UHGV virus genome: UHGV-0123951
Length of the DNA stretch: 36,881 bases
DNA from: a virus
Strand: one strand, 5' to 3'
The notes below the pieces were generated by a model. That model was not told where the DNA came from. It saw nothing but the letters and a program-made list of their open reading frames with translations, and made no database searches. This document shows positions 1 to 8,168 of this stretch, one piece after another. The position numbers were made by a program, and so were the translations under genes. Numbering within the stretch: position 1 is the stretch's first letter; every line of letters begins with the position of its first letter.

Positions 1-20
1 GAAGAGTTACTTCTGCCATC

Positions 21-581
21 TCACTCACCCTTCACGCCAAAGCCAGCGGCGGCACATGCCTGATGCAATACGCTTTCACAGTGAACTACAGCGCTGTTAT
101 AGCCAGCCCCAAACATATACGGGTGCTTTTTACCGTCTCGACGGTTGCCTAGTTCTTCCATAGGTATTGGCTCAAACTTCACGGTTATAGTCCGCGTCTC
201 CAGTTCTGCTATGCGCTGCCGAGCAGACTGATAAGCATCGATAACCACGTCCAACAATTGCCCGTCACACAGCAGTTTGCTAAGTTCAGGCTTCCACGCT
301 ACGCAGTCATCATCCGGGTCCTGCATGTTGTAGACGTAAGTATCAAAGGCACCAATAAAGCGCCCGAATCCACCTTTGTCGTCTACAAGCACTTGCCAGG
401 CGCGGAGAAGAAACAGTTTTTGGTTACGATCTAAATCCGTTCGGGATAGCTCATCAGCGATAATGCTGCTTTCACTACCGTGCCAGCGAGCGTCATTGCG
501 TTGTGCCGCATGAAACAACTTCCAGAAATACTCGGTTTCTTTCTGGTCAGGACGGCATTGCTTAATTGTATGCACTGTCAT
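21..581 (-). CDS. hypothetical early-operon phage protein (186 aa)
   Basis: Complete track ORF; AGGAG-like RBS about 7 nt upstream of the ATG at 581; family not recognised by eye. Confidence 0.55.
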   Translation of the reverse strand: MTVHTIKQCRPDQKETEYFWKLFHAAQRNDARWHGSESSIIADELSRTDLDRNQKLFLLRAWQVLVDDKGGFGRFIGAFDTYVYNMQDPDDDCVAWKPELSKLLCDGQLLDVVIDAYQSARQRIAELETRTITVKFEPIPMEELGNRRDGKKHPYMFGAGYNSAVVHCESVLHQACAAAGFGVKGE

Positions 582-609
582 GCTGCACGCTCCTGTTTGT
601 TAAGTTCGG

Positions 610-864
610 TCATTGGACTGTTCCTTTTCTGACTCTGCTCAATAACTGGTTAAACATCATGGTTAGGCTGTTACTGCACCCAAACGGCATATCGTTAACA
701 CGGTATGTTGGAATGCCCTTGCGAACACCAGACTTCACGATCCGGCCGGTGCCATAGAGTTGCGATAATGCGCCAGCGACCGCGGGCGTCGTTTTGTTCA
801 TACCTTTGGCGATTTCACCGCTGGTGGTATTCGGATGAGCCTGGAGATATTCAAATACGGTCAT
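610..864 (-). CDS. small putative DNA-binding (winged-helix-like) phage protein, 84 aa
   Basis: Track ORF; start overlaps stop of upstream minus-strand ORF (ATGA, translational coupling); basic C-terminus. Confidence 0.5.
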   Translation of the reverse strand: MTVFEYLQAHPNTTSGEIAKGMNKTTPAVAGALSQLYGTGRIVKSGVRKGIPTYRVNDMPFGCSNSLTMMFNQLLSRVRKGTVQ

Positions 865-1037
865 GGCGTTTTACCTTTACGTTCCTGTTCCAGTTGCACC
901 AGAGACTCTTTTAATGCTGCGAACGTAGCTTCCAGTCTGGTGGCGACTTCGCGCATAAGCGGTGCATGCTTTGGTGGCAATTCAGCAACGGAGGCAAAAG
1001 CCTCCGCAACGAGTTCTTTTACCTTCATGCGGCGCAT
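861..1037 (-). CDS. small hypothetical protein (58 aa, below track cutoff)
   Basis: Own translation of minus strand: MRRMKVKELVAEAFASVAELPPKHAPLMREVATRLEATFAALKESLVQLEQERKGKTP; stop overlaps next ATG. Confidence 0.3.
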   Translation of the reverse strand: MRRMKVKELVAEAFASVAELPPKHAPLMREVATRLEATFAALKESLVQLEQERKGKTP

Positions 1038-1564
1038 TGGCGCAGCTCCACCAGTTCGTTAAAGCGGTTCATGAATAGGCCATAGGCTTGACCAGGACGG
1101 AGAGGGATAACCTGAACGAGATCAGAGCAGGGAATACCTTCGAGAATTTCCCACTTTGAACCGTCATCGATTTCCAGATCACGGCGCTCGGTAGCTAACA
1201 TGGTTAGATCGGCATATTTCACGACAGCAGCTTGTTCAAGCGAGATACCGAATTTAAAGCGGATAAGACCATCAATATAAGTTTCCATGCGCTGGTAGTC
1301 AGGCAGCAAGGCTTTGAGCGGGGCTGGAATATCCTGGCAATATGCCTCCGCAGCGTCGTGCATCAGCGCTTCAAAGGCGAACTCTGGCGGCACTATCTGG
1401 CTTACAAGCACAGAGTGCTGGGCCACGCTGTAGAACTCTGGCAGATGCCCAGCGAATCGACAGATGTTGGAAAGAGCAGTCGCGATATCCTCAACATCGA
1501 TATCGTCGATTGTGGCGGTCAGGTAGTTAAATTTTTTACCGGATAATGTCTGAATGTAGCTCAT
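1025..1564 (-). CDS. HD-domain phosphohydrolase (179 aa)
   Basis: His...HD motif (QHSVL ... ALMHDAAEAY); start moved to ATG at 1564 (MSYIQTL) which has GGAG 7-10 nt upstream, rather than the track start at 1708. Confidence 0.7.
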   Translation of the reverse strand: MSYIQTLSGKKFNYLTATIDDIDVEDIATALSNICRFAGHLPEFYSVAQHSVLVSQIVPPEFAFEALMHDAAEAYCQDIPAPLKALLPDYQRMETYIDGLIRFKFGISLEQAAVVKYADLTMLATERRDLEIDDGSKWEILEGIPCSDLVQVIPLRPGQAYGLFMNRFNELVELRQCAA

Positions 1565-1616
1565 GGTTTTCTCCATATTGGCGCGCTGCACCGCGCAAAT
1601 TTCTTGGCCTGAATAT

Positions 1617-1871
1617 TTAAAACAGGCCACCTTGGTTTTTAGGTTGATTGCGTTTACTTTTCGTGACTTCAGTTTTCGAAACCTGTTTATCTGCCCATGC
1701 TTTCGCATGCCTCATCACGTCATCAAAAATTGCACCCTTTTTACTGGCTTGTGACATGCGCTTATATAAATCAAGCGCTTGCCACGCCCCCCCCTGCGCT
1801 ACTGAAGAGGAAAAGCCTTGTTTAATAAGGATTTCCCTGACGTTCTTCTCAATAAATTCGAGGTGATTCAT
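1617..1871 (-). CDS. hypothetical protein (84 aa)
   Basis: Track ORF with GGAGG just upstream of the ATG. Confidence 0.5.
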   Translation of the reverse strand: MNHLEFIEKNVREILIKQGFSSSVAQGGAWQALDLYKRMSQASKKGAIFDDVMRHAKAWADKQVSKTEVTKSKRNQPKNQGGLF

Positions 1872-1950
1872 TTAACCTCCGAACCAGATATCGCCAGATT
1901 TGGCGTACAGCAACCCAACCCATTGCCATGGGGTAATTTCGATAGGTTTG

Positions 1951-2868
1951 TTATGCTGCTGGTTTTTGTGGCTGTTCTTCTTTGTATGAAAGAAGGTCAC
2001 ACATCAAATTAACTACCTTGCTGAATTGGAAAAGGTCAGCGCCTGCCTGATGACGCCACTGGAATGCTTTGTCATCTTCATCATTAAATGTCTGAGATTG
2101 GGTATTGATGCGCGAAAAATGGAAATTTTCGGTCAGAATGAAGGTCACACCGCAACCGGATAACTCCATTTTATCAGCAGTGAAACTACTACTAAGGCTA
2201 TCGGCCAGTTCGCTTTGAATTGACTCATGCTCAGCTGAGTAGCGAATAACTTCCTTTTGATCTGCGTAGCGTGATAGCTGAATATAATTCCCGACAGTGA
2301 ATCCTTCGAATGCATTGGCTGCACCATTGATGTAGTTCTTCAGGCGTGTAGTCAGTCCATTCTTGATATCACTAATGTTGATTGTTTCTGTTTTCACTGA
2401 ACCGACAACCTTAATCAGCATTGCGCACACCATGCTGGCGATTTGCTTGTTGGTCGTGTTAATCACCAGTAATTTTTCATCAGTGCTATACAGCGCCAGG
2501 ATCAGCGTCGACTTCACAAATGCTTTTTTGCATAACTCCGCCAGAACACTATCAATAATGGCTAAACGCTCGGCACGTTTTAATTTATGCCCGGACATGT
2601 TCTCAATATTTTGAATACGTGCCGTGGCTTCTTTCATAAGCACATGCTGCGGAATAATTTTCTGATCGCGACGTACAACTATGGCGTAACCGCCAGTAAT
2701 AGGGGTAACCAGTTCGCCGGTGATTGGATTAGGCACAAAAGATGTTCGCGACAATTCAGTCTCACCTATCTCAGAATAGGGGAGTTCGAGAAGATGGCCT
2801 TCAATTGCTTCAATGCCAGGTAGTGTGGCGCGGTACACGATTGCGTTACGGAACTTAGGTAATTTCAT
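1951..2868 (-). CDS. rdgC: RdgC-like recombination-associated protein (305 aa)
   Basis: Length and N-/C-terminal sequence pattern resemble the RdgC family as recalled from memory; GAGGAAAG RBS. Confidence 0.6.
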   Translation of the reverse strand: MKLPKFRNAIVYRATLPGIEAIEGHLLELPYSEIGETELSRTSFVPNPITGELVTPITGGYAIVVRRDQKIIPQHVLMKEATARIQNIENMSGHKLKRAERLAIIDSVLAELCKKAFVKSTLILALYSTDEKLLVINTTNKQIASMVCAMLIKVVGSVKTETINISDIKNGLTTRLKNYINGAANAFEGFTVGNYIQLSRYADQKEVIRYSAEHESIQSELADSLSSSFTADKMELSGCGVTFILTENFHFSRINTQSQTFNDEDDKAFQWRHQAGADLFQFSKVVNLMCDLLSYKEEQPQKPAA

Positions 2869-3286
2869 TTAACTTTCCTCTGCACAAGGTTTTAGTCCAT
2901 ACACGAAGTTGTGGCGGCTGCCACCGCCGAACTTTCTCCATACACAACAGAGAAGGGCACCTGCATTGGTCGGCGGCTTGCAGATACCGCTTTCTTTTTG
3001 CCCGGGTGGATTGGGTTATGAGCCCGTCGCCCGGTGATGCCCTTTTCTGTTGCGTAAAAAGGGCGGTACCGAGGTAGAACATTATCTTCGTCCCCCTTGC
3101 ATAAGGTTGAAGACCCTGGTACCGCCAAGACTACTCACAGCAATACTGGAACTACGGTTATCACGGTCCTAAGCGTGATTTGGTTGTGGTGGCCGGTACT
3201 GCGATATTCCGGCATGGGTTGATTACCAGTGACGCACCCTTTCGGGACACTCCCTCACGGTTTAGCGCATCAGCCTGCGCATTCAC

Positions 3287-3417
3287 CACAACGAAGAGAG
3301 CACTGCCGGTGTTCGAATCGAACGAACCTTTTCCCTGCCCAACCCTCCCAACTGAATGGGACTGTCTGGAATCGAACCAGCACTTATGCCTTGCTCGTCA
3401 ATGCTCTCGTCGTTGTG
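3287..3417. ncRNA. candidate structured RNA domain: 16-bp closing helix enclosing three hairpins, two with identical 7-nt loops
   Basis: 3287-3302 pairs with 3402-3417 (15/16); hairpins at 3311-3327 and 3366-3380 share loop AATCGAA (+) / UUCGAUU (-); third hairpin 3346-3361; no plausible ORF. Confidence 0.3.
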
Positions 3418-3420
3418 CCC

Positions 3421-3470
3421 TGAAAAAGGCTGGCGGTGACCGGACAAACGGGAAAACACCGGGCCGCCAG
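3421..3470 (-). terminator. intrinsic terminator downstream of the N-like gene (tL-like)
   Basis: Minus-strand hairpin CUGGCGG...CCGCCAG followed by CCUUUUUCA. Confidence 0.55.
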
Positions 3471-3699
3471 AACAGGGAGTTACTTGTTATTGCTTTGGCC
3501 TGCTTTTAACCACATCAGGCGCGGTGGTAGGTATCTTCGGGCGGGGTGCTAAGGGGGGGGATTGACCCTGTTCCCTAACACTCCTGCTGGTTTTGGTATT
3601 CCTGGCTTGGGTATCGCCACCAGCTATAGGAATTTGACTATGAGTTGCGGTTAATCAGGCCGCGCCTCTGTTACCCCTCCCGAAGACACCTGTCTGCTG

Positions 3700-3912
3700 T
3701 TAAAACGTCAAATTGCGTATCAGTGGAGCAGCTGTAGAACCGCCAGTCATTTGTACCTTGACGCGGTTCACTGATGGCTTGCTGCGTTCTTCGCCGGTAA
3801 AGATATTGAACATGCACGGTCCCAGAACTGTGCGAGGAACCCCACGTAAAACCACCACTTCCCCAGCCTTGGGGTGCTTGCGATAAGCCTTGCGCCGTTG
3901 TGCTGCATTCAT
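3700..3912 (-). CDS. putative N-like antitermination protein (70 aa, arginine-rich N-terminus)
   Basis: First gene downstream of PL/OL; N-terminus MNAAQRRKAYRKHPK resembles an arginine-rich RNA-binding motif; GAGGG RBS. Confidence 0.35.
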   Translation of the reverse strand: MNAAQRRKAYRKHPKAGEVVVLRGVPRTVLGPCMFNIFTGEERSKPSVNRVKVQMTGGSTAAPLIRNLTF

Positions 3913-4017
3913 CGTGTAACCCTCAGTTTTTAGTCATGCTCAGCGAATCATCCGGTTATTCATACGCCACCGGCGGCTACTTCGTGGGCGTCCTGCCCGT
4001 TCGCTGTTAATGTTATT

Positions 4018-4047
4018 AATGTAGGATAACTTACTATTTGGGGTCAA
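4018..4047 (-). promoter_or_regulatory. PL-like promoter (-35 TTGACC, 18-nt spacer, -10 TACATT on minus strand)
   Basis: Hexamers read on the minus strand, overlapping operator repeats. Confidence 0.4.
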
Positions 4048-4069
4048 GTGGAAATGTTGGATAACTTAC
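4021..4069. promoter_or_regulatory. OL operator repeats (GTAGGATAACTTAC at 4021-4034; GTTGGATAACTTAC at 4056-4069)
   Basis: Two copies of a 14-bp near-palindrome, same consensus as the cI-cro intergenic sites. Confidence 0.55.
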
Positions 4070-4078
4070 ATTGAGGGG

Positions 4079-4104
4079 CGAAAAAAAACCGGGTATTCCC
4101 GGTT
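4079..4104 (-). terminator. intrinsic terminator after cI (possibly bidirectional)
   Basis: Hairpin AACCGGG-tatt-CCCGGTT flanked by an A8/T8 run immediately 3' of the cI stop. Confidence 0.6.
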
Positions 4105-4107
4105 TTC

Positions 4108-4764
4108 TTATAAATCCATTATTACTTGTCTTACTAATCCTACCAATCGGCAGTTGCCATTGACTTCTAAAGTCCTGTAATTGGGGTTAAGAGGTACTAG
4201 GTATTTCAGCGGCCCATCGATGACGAACTTTTTAATAGTGGCTTCATCACTGCCCATAAGCTGTGCAATAACAATTTTACCATTAGCTTGACTGGCATCA
4301 CCAAAATCAGGTTCTACAACGACAATAGAACCTTCGGGAATACTTGGTGCACCTGTAGGGTTGGTCATCGAGTCGCCGCGAACAATGAGTGCAAATGCAC
4401 TTTCAGAAACGGCAGCCGAAGTATAGACCCAGTCATGAATGTCCCGCTCTGTGATCGCTACGCAATTGGCCGTCCATTCCCCGGCCTGTACCCATGTGAG
4501 AACGGGAACTGACCTAATTCCGAATCTTTGCTCCGGGTCCATAGTTGGTGGCTGCTGACTTCCATCATCCTTTCCATCCAGTAACCACTGCGGTGTCTTT
4601 TCTAATGCAGCCGCAAGCGCCTGGAGGTTTTCACCACCCGGTTTGTAGTCACCGGATTCCCAACCGGTGATAGTGACGCGATTAACCCCGACGAGCTTTG
4701 CCAGGACGGATTGCGTCATCTTTAGCTCTTTTCGTCTGCTTCGGATTCGATCATTCATTTTCAT
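4108..4764 (-). CDS. cI: cI-type prophage repressor, HTH plus S24 LexA-like autopeptidase domain
   Basis: HTH (MTQSVLAKLVGVNRVTITGWESG), candidate Ala-Gly cleavage site (VQAGEW), Ser/Lys dyad (GDSM ... KKF); start set at MKMND (4764) because the track extension to 4842 runs through the operators. Confidence 0.8.
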   Translation of the reverse strand: MKMNDRIRSRRKELKMTQSVLAKLVGVNRVTITGWESGDYKPGGENLQALAAALEKTPQWLLDGKDDGSQQPPTMDPEQRFGIRSVPVLTWVQAGEWTANCVAITERDIHDWVYTSAAVSESAFALIVRGDSMTNPTGAPSIPEGSIVVVEPDFGDASQANGKIVIAQLMGSDEATIKKFVIDGPLKYLVPLNPNYRTLEVNGNCRLVGLVRQVIMDL

Positions 4765-4826
4765 GTAGGTAATCCTACCATTATCTGATGTAGGAGTGCT
4801 TGACCAATCAATGTAAGATATCCTAC
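4765..4826. promoter_or_regulatory. OR operator cluster (GTAGGTAATCCTAC 4765-4778; GTAGGAGTGCTTGA 4790-4803; GTAAGATATCCTAC 4813-4826)
   Basis: Near-palindromes with consensus GTAGG-N4-CCTAC between divergent cI and cro. Confidence 0.55.
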
Positions 4827-4829
4827 TAT
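4800..4829 (+). promoter_or_regulatory. PR-like promoter (-35 TTGACC, 18-nt spacer, -10 TACTAT)
   Basis: Hexamers overlap operator 4813-4826; cro RBS GAGGG and ATG follow. Confidence 0.45.
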
Positions 4830-4863
4830 CAGTGCACTGCATTACTTAACTCCAGAGGGAAAA

Positions 4864-5061
4864 ATGAAAAAGAATGACGTTATTTCTTACTTCGGTGGCG
4901 TAGGGAAAACCGCTAAGGCTTTGAATATCTCTCATGCGTCCGTGTCGGGATGGGATGAAATTATTCCAAAGGGACGAGCTTTTGAGATCCAAGCGCTGAC
5001 CAAAGGTGTATTGAAAGTTGACCAATCACTTTATGAAAAGCGTAGCCACTCGGCTGCGTGA
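4864..5061 (+). CDS. cro: Cro-like HTH regulator (65 aa)
   Basis: Divergent from cI across the operator region; small HTH-like protein. Confidence 0.7.
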   Translation: MKKNDVISYFGGVGKTAKALNISHASVSGWDEIIPKGRAFEIQALTKGVLKVDQSLYEKRSHSAA

Positions 5062-5089
5062 TTAAAACCACAGAATTAAGGGGTTAACC

Positions 5090-5641
5090 GTGGGTAACGA
5101 ACCTGTTTGGAAAGTCGAACGTCAGCCAGCCTGGCTGGTGGCCGCGATAAAAAAAACGATCACCGATCTACCTGGTGGTTATGCCGAGGCGGCGGAATGG
5201 TTGGGTGTGACAGAGAACGCATTGTTTAACCGCCTTCGTGTTGACGGCGATCAGATCTTCCCGCTGGGCTGGGCAATGGTTTTACAACGTGCTGGTGGTT
5301 CAACTCATATCGCTGATGCCGTTGCGCGCCATTCTCAGGGCGTATTTGTACCGCTGGCAGATGTTGATGATCTGGATAACGCCGATATCAACCAGCGCCT
5401 GATGGAGTCCATCGAATGGATAGGCCGTCATTCTAATTTTGTACGTAAAGCCACGGCTGATGGGGTGATTGACGCAGATGAGCGCGCTCAGATTGAGGAA
5501 AACAGCTATCAGGTTATCGCGAAGTTCCAGGAGCACGTAGCGCTTCTTTATCGAGTTTTTTGTGTCGCTGAAAAGAGTGACGCCCGCGAGTGTGCAGCTC
5601 CGGGCGCCTTGGCGAACAACTCTTCGAGTATGGAGAAATAA
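5090..5641 (+). CDS. CII-like / phage early regulatory protein (183 aa)
   Basis: Track ORF with GTG start, immediately after cro; family assignment by position and size only. Confidence 0.4.
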   Translation: MGNEPVWKVERQPAWLVAAIKKTITDLPGGYAEAAEWLGVTENALFNRLRVDGDQIFPLGWAMVLQRAGGSTHIADAVARHSQGVFVPLADVDDLDNADINQRLMESIEWIGRHSNFVRKATADGVIDADERAQIEENSYQVIAKFQEHVALLYRVFCVAEKSDARECAAPGALANNSSSMEK

Positions 5642-5982
5642 TCCGCATGAGCAGTTTAACGGCTTTTAACCGTCTACCGCAACTCAGGATGATCCCGGTT
5701 TCGGGTACTCCGTTGTTTCGGTATGAACGCAGATTATCAAACCGCTGGGTTCCGTGTAACCACAGTAGGGCGGTTTCAATTGTGGGGGTCTACAACCGGA
5801 GGGCAAAACGCCTGTGCGCGAACTTAACCGAAGGTTCAAAGATCATCGCGGAGTGCCAGTTCGTGTTATCCGCTGGGAGCCAGAAACACAGCGCGTTATC
5901 TACCTGCGTGATGGATATCCACACGAATGCTTCAGCCCACTTGAGCATTTCAGGCAAAAGTTCAGGGAGATAACGGACGATC

Positions 5983-6849
5983 ATGAGCACTAAATTAACC
6001 GGCTACGTATGGGATGGTTGCGCGGCGTCGGGCATGAAGTTGTCTAGTGTCGCGATCATGGCCCGTCTCGCTGATTTCAGCAGCGATGAGGGTGTGTGCT
6101 GGCCGTCCATTGAAACTATTGCTCGCCAGCTTGGCGCAGGGCCGAGCACTATCAGAACGGCAATCGCAAAGCTTGAAAAAGATGGCTGGCTCACGCGTAC
6201 ACAGCGCCGTAATGGTAACCGTAATGCTTCGAACGTGTACCGCCTGAATGTGGCGAAACTTCAGGCTGCCGCATTTTCTCAACTGTCAGATTCTGACACG
6301 TCAAAATCTGACGCATCAAATTTTGACGCCTCAAAAACTGACCCGTCGAAATCTGGCAAAAAAGGCGGTTTTGACCCGTCAGAATCTGGCGGGGATCCGT
6401 CAGTAAAATCAAAACAAGATCCACAAGTAACTTCAAAACCCTCTTGTCCGGTTGCGGCGCAACCCGACCCTGAGGTTGTGATTACTGATCAGGCCAGACA
6501 GGTTTTGTCTTACCTGAACCAGACAACTGGTTCACGCTACCAGGTATGCAGCACGTCGCTGGAGAACATTCGCGCCCGTCTGCGGGAACAGTTCACTGTT
6601 GATGATCTGTGCCTTGTGGTGGATTACAAAAACGCTGATTGGCGTGATAGCGAGCAGGCTCAATACCTCCGCCCGGCAACTCTGTTTATTCCAAAAAACT
6701 TCCCCGGTTACCTGCAAAGCGCGACCAAATGGTCTGCCGCTGGGCGACCTGAACGCGTTAACGGTAAATGGGCGACTAACTCAGCCAGCCGCGCCAACTT
6801 CCAAAATGTTGACTATTCACTGCCAGAAAATTCGGGGTTCCGCTCATGA
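5983..6849 (+). CDS. replication initiator (lambda O-like), origin iterons embedded
   Basis: N-terminal HTH-like region; tandem repeats inside the ORF; GGGAGA RBS. Confidence 0.65.
   Translation: MSTKLTGYVWDGCAASGMKLSSVAIMARLADFSSDEGVCWPSIETIARQLGAGPSTIRTAIAKLEKDGWLTRTQRRNGNRNASNVYRLNVAKLQAAAFSQLSDSDTSKSDASNFDASKTDPSKSGKKGGFDPSESGGDPSVKSKQDPQVTSKPSCPVAAQPDPEVVITDQARQVLSYLNQTTGSRYQVCSTSLENIRARLREQFTVDDLCLVVDYKNADWRDSEQAQYLRPATLFIPKNFPGYLQSATKWSAAGRPERVNGKWATNSASRANFQNVDYSLPENSGFRS
6283..6405. repeat. tandem ~15-bp iterons (TCAAAATCTGACGCA-like): candidate phage origin
   Basis: At least 5 direct repeats with inverted-repeat cores (CGTCA...TGACG) encoding an S/D/K-rich linker. Confidence 0.55.
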
Positions 6850-8168
6850 TGCCAAATAAATATTGCCAGGCGCTGGCAGAACTGCGCAGTAAACCAGCTC
6901 ACGAATTGAAAGAAGTTGGAGATCAGTGGAGGACACCTGATCTGCTTTTCTGGGGGATCAACGCGTTATTTGGCCCATTAGTTCTGGACTTGTTTGCTGA
7001 CGACGACAACGCGAAATGCCCGGCATGGTACACCGCCGAAGATAACGCGCTGACCCAGGACTGGTCTGAACGTCTGGCAGAACTGGGTGGTGCAGGTTAT
7101 GGCAACCCACCGTATAGCCGTTCGCAGTACCACGAGAAACAGGCGATCACTGGTATGACGCACATCATGAAGTACGCAGCAGCCCAGCGCGAGAAGGGCG
7201 GTCGCTATGTATTCCTGATAAAAGCCGCGCCAAGTGAAACGTGGTGGCCGGAAGATGCCGATCACATTGTATTCATTCGCGGGCGCATTGGGTTCGATCT
7301 GCCAGTGTGGTTTGTACCTGCTGACGAAAAACAGAAGCCCACCAGCGCGTTTTTTGCCGGTGCCATAGCTGTATTCGATAACTCATGGCGTGGTGAGCGG
7401 TTCAGCTATATCAACCGTACTGAACTGGAGGCAAAAGGGCGGGCGTTTATGACTTTGGCGCAATTTGCTGCCAGCAAGTCTCAACCTGCAACTGCCATAC
7501 CATCTGTAGCTGACAAGCCAGAAGCAGAGTTGCCACTTACCCAGAAAGATATTTTTGATATCAGCGGTGTCGAGGCGTGGGCATGCGTTAGAGCTGCGTT
7601 CGGCGATAAAGAAGAATACACATTCAGTGAATCGAAGTTTGGGCATACCTGGGCGGCGGATTCTGTCGAAGCACCGGAATTCACTCAGGTATCACCATTA
7701 ACGATCGACAAAGCGAAGCTGCTTATTCGTGAGAGTATTTTGTTCGGTGTGGATGAGTGGCTGTTGTCGATTGAATTCGATGACGCTGCTGCGCGCCTGG
7801 ATATGTCGGAACGTATTCGTACTGTTGCCCTCGAAGCATCTGGTGAATATGGCATGAACAGTACTGATTTCATTGCAGCTATGGGAAGCCTGGATGTTTC
7901 CAGTTGGTCCAATATTCGCCAGATCCGCATGCACATCCGTGAGAAAGCTAAACCAGTATCGGATCCGCTTCCCGAGTCCCGTATCTGGCCGCTGGAGGTT
8001 GGAATTGTATTCGACCAGGTAGACGGCGCTGACATGCTGGATGAATCACAGCAGAACAAGCTGAAAGCCAACATCAATCAACTCTGGCTGGAACGAACGG
8101 CCACCAGCGAAATCATCACAATTGCGCGTGGTCTTGTCGGCAGCATGCAGGGGGTAACCCATGCGTGA
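6846..8168 (+). CDS. phage Dam-family N6-adenine DNA methyltransferase with ~250-aa C-terminal extension (440 aa)
   Basis: N-terminal domain with NPPY motif (GYGNPPYS); long extension of unknown function. Confidence 0.75.
   Translation: MMPNKYCQALAELRSKPAHELKEVGDQWRTPDLLFWGINALFGPLVLDLFADDDNAKCPAWYTAEDNALTQDWSERLAELGGAGYGNPPYSRSQYHEKQAITGMTHIMKYAAAQREKGGRYVFLIKAAPSETWWPEDADHIVFIRGRIGFDLPVWFVPADEKQKPTSAFFAGAIAVFDNSWRGERFSYINRTELEAKGRAFMTLAQFAASKSQPATAIPSVADKPEAELPLTQKDIFDISGVEAWACVRAAFGDKEEYTFSESKFGHTWAADSVEAPEFTQVSPLTIDKAKLLIRESILFGVDEWLLSIEFDDAAARLDMSERIRTVALEASGEYGMNSTDFIAAMGSLDVSSWSNIRQIRMHIREKAKPVSDPLPESRIWPLEVGIVFDQVDGADMLDESQQNKLKANINQLWLERTATSEIITIARGLVGSMQGVTHA

Noticed and set aside
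3311-3380. Possible tRNA gene suggested by two hairpins with T-loop-like loops (UUCGAUU on minus strand)
   Set aside because: No acceptor stem, D-arm or anticodon arm can be built around either hairpin, and there is no CCA or matching 5' strand; kept as part of the candidate structured-RNA domain
3416-3430. Plus-strand GCCCTGAAAAAGGCT, which resembles a lambda boxB-type hairpin
   Set aside because: It is on the strand antisense to the PL transcript, pairs poorly (3 bp plus a wobble), and is more simply the U-tract complement of the minus-strand terminator
2855-3509. Track ORFs inside the ORF-free segment (2855..3082-, 2892..3128-, 3180..3509+, 3229..3423+)
   Set aside because: Low-complexity Arg/Cys/Pro-rich translations typical of GC-rich non-coding DNA; no RBS except 2855..3082, which runs through strong hairpins and overlaps the rdgC start
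4765-4842. Longer cI ORF starting at 4842 (244 aa)
   Set aside because: The extension would translate through the operator repeats and the PR -10 region; the downstream ATG at 4764 gives a normal-length repressor
6283-6405. Possible CRISPR array or other repeat element suggested by the tandem repeats
   Set aside because: Repeats are about 15 bp, imperfect, contiguous without unique spacers, and lie inside a replication gene, so they are iterons; no cas genes
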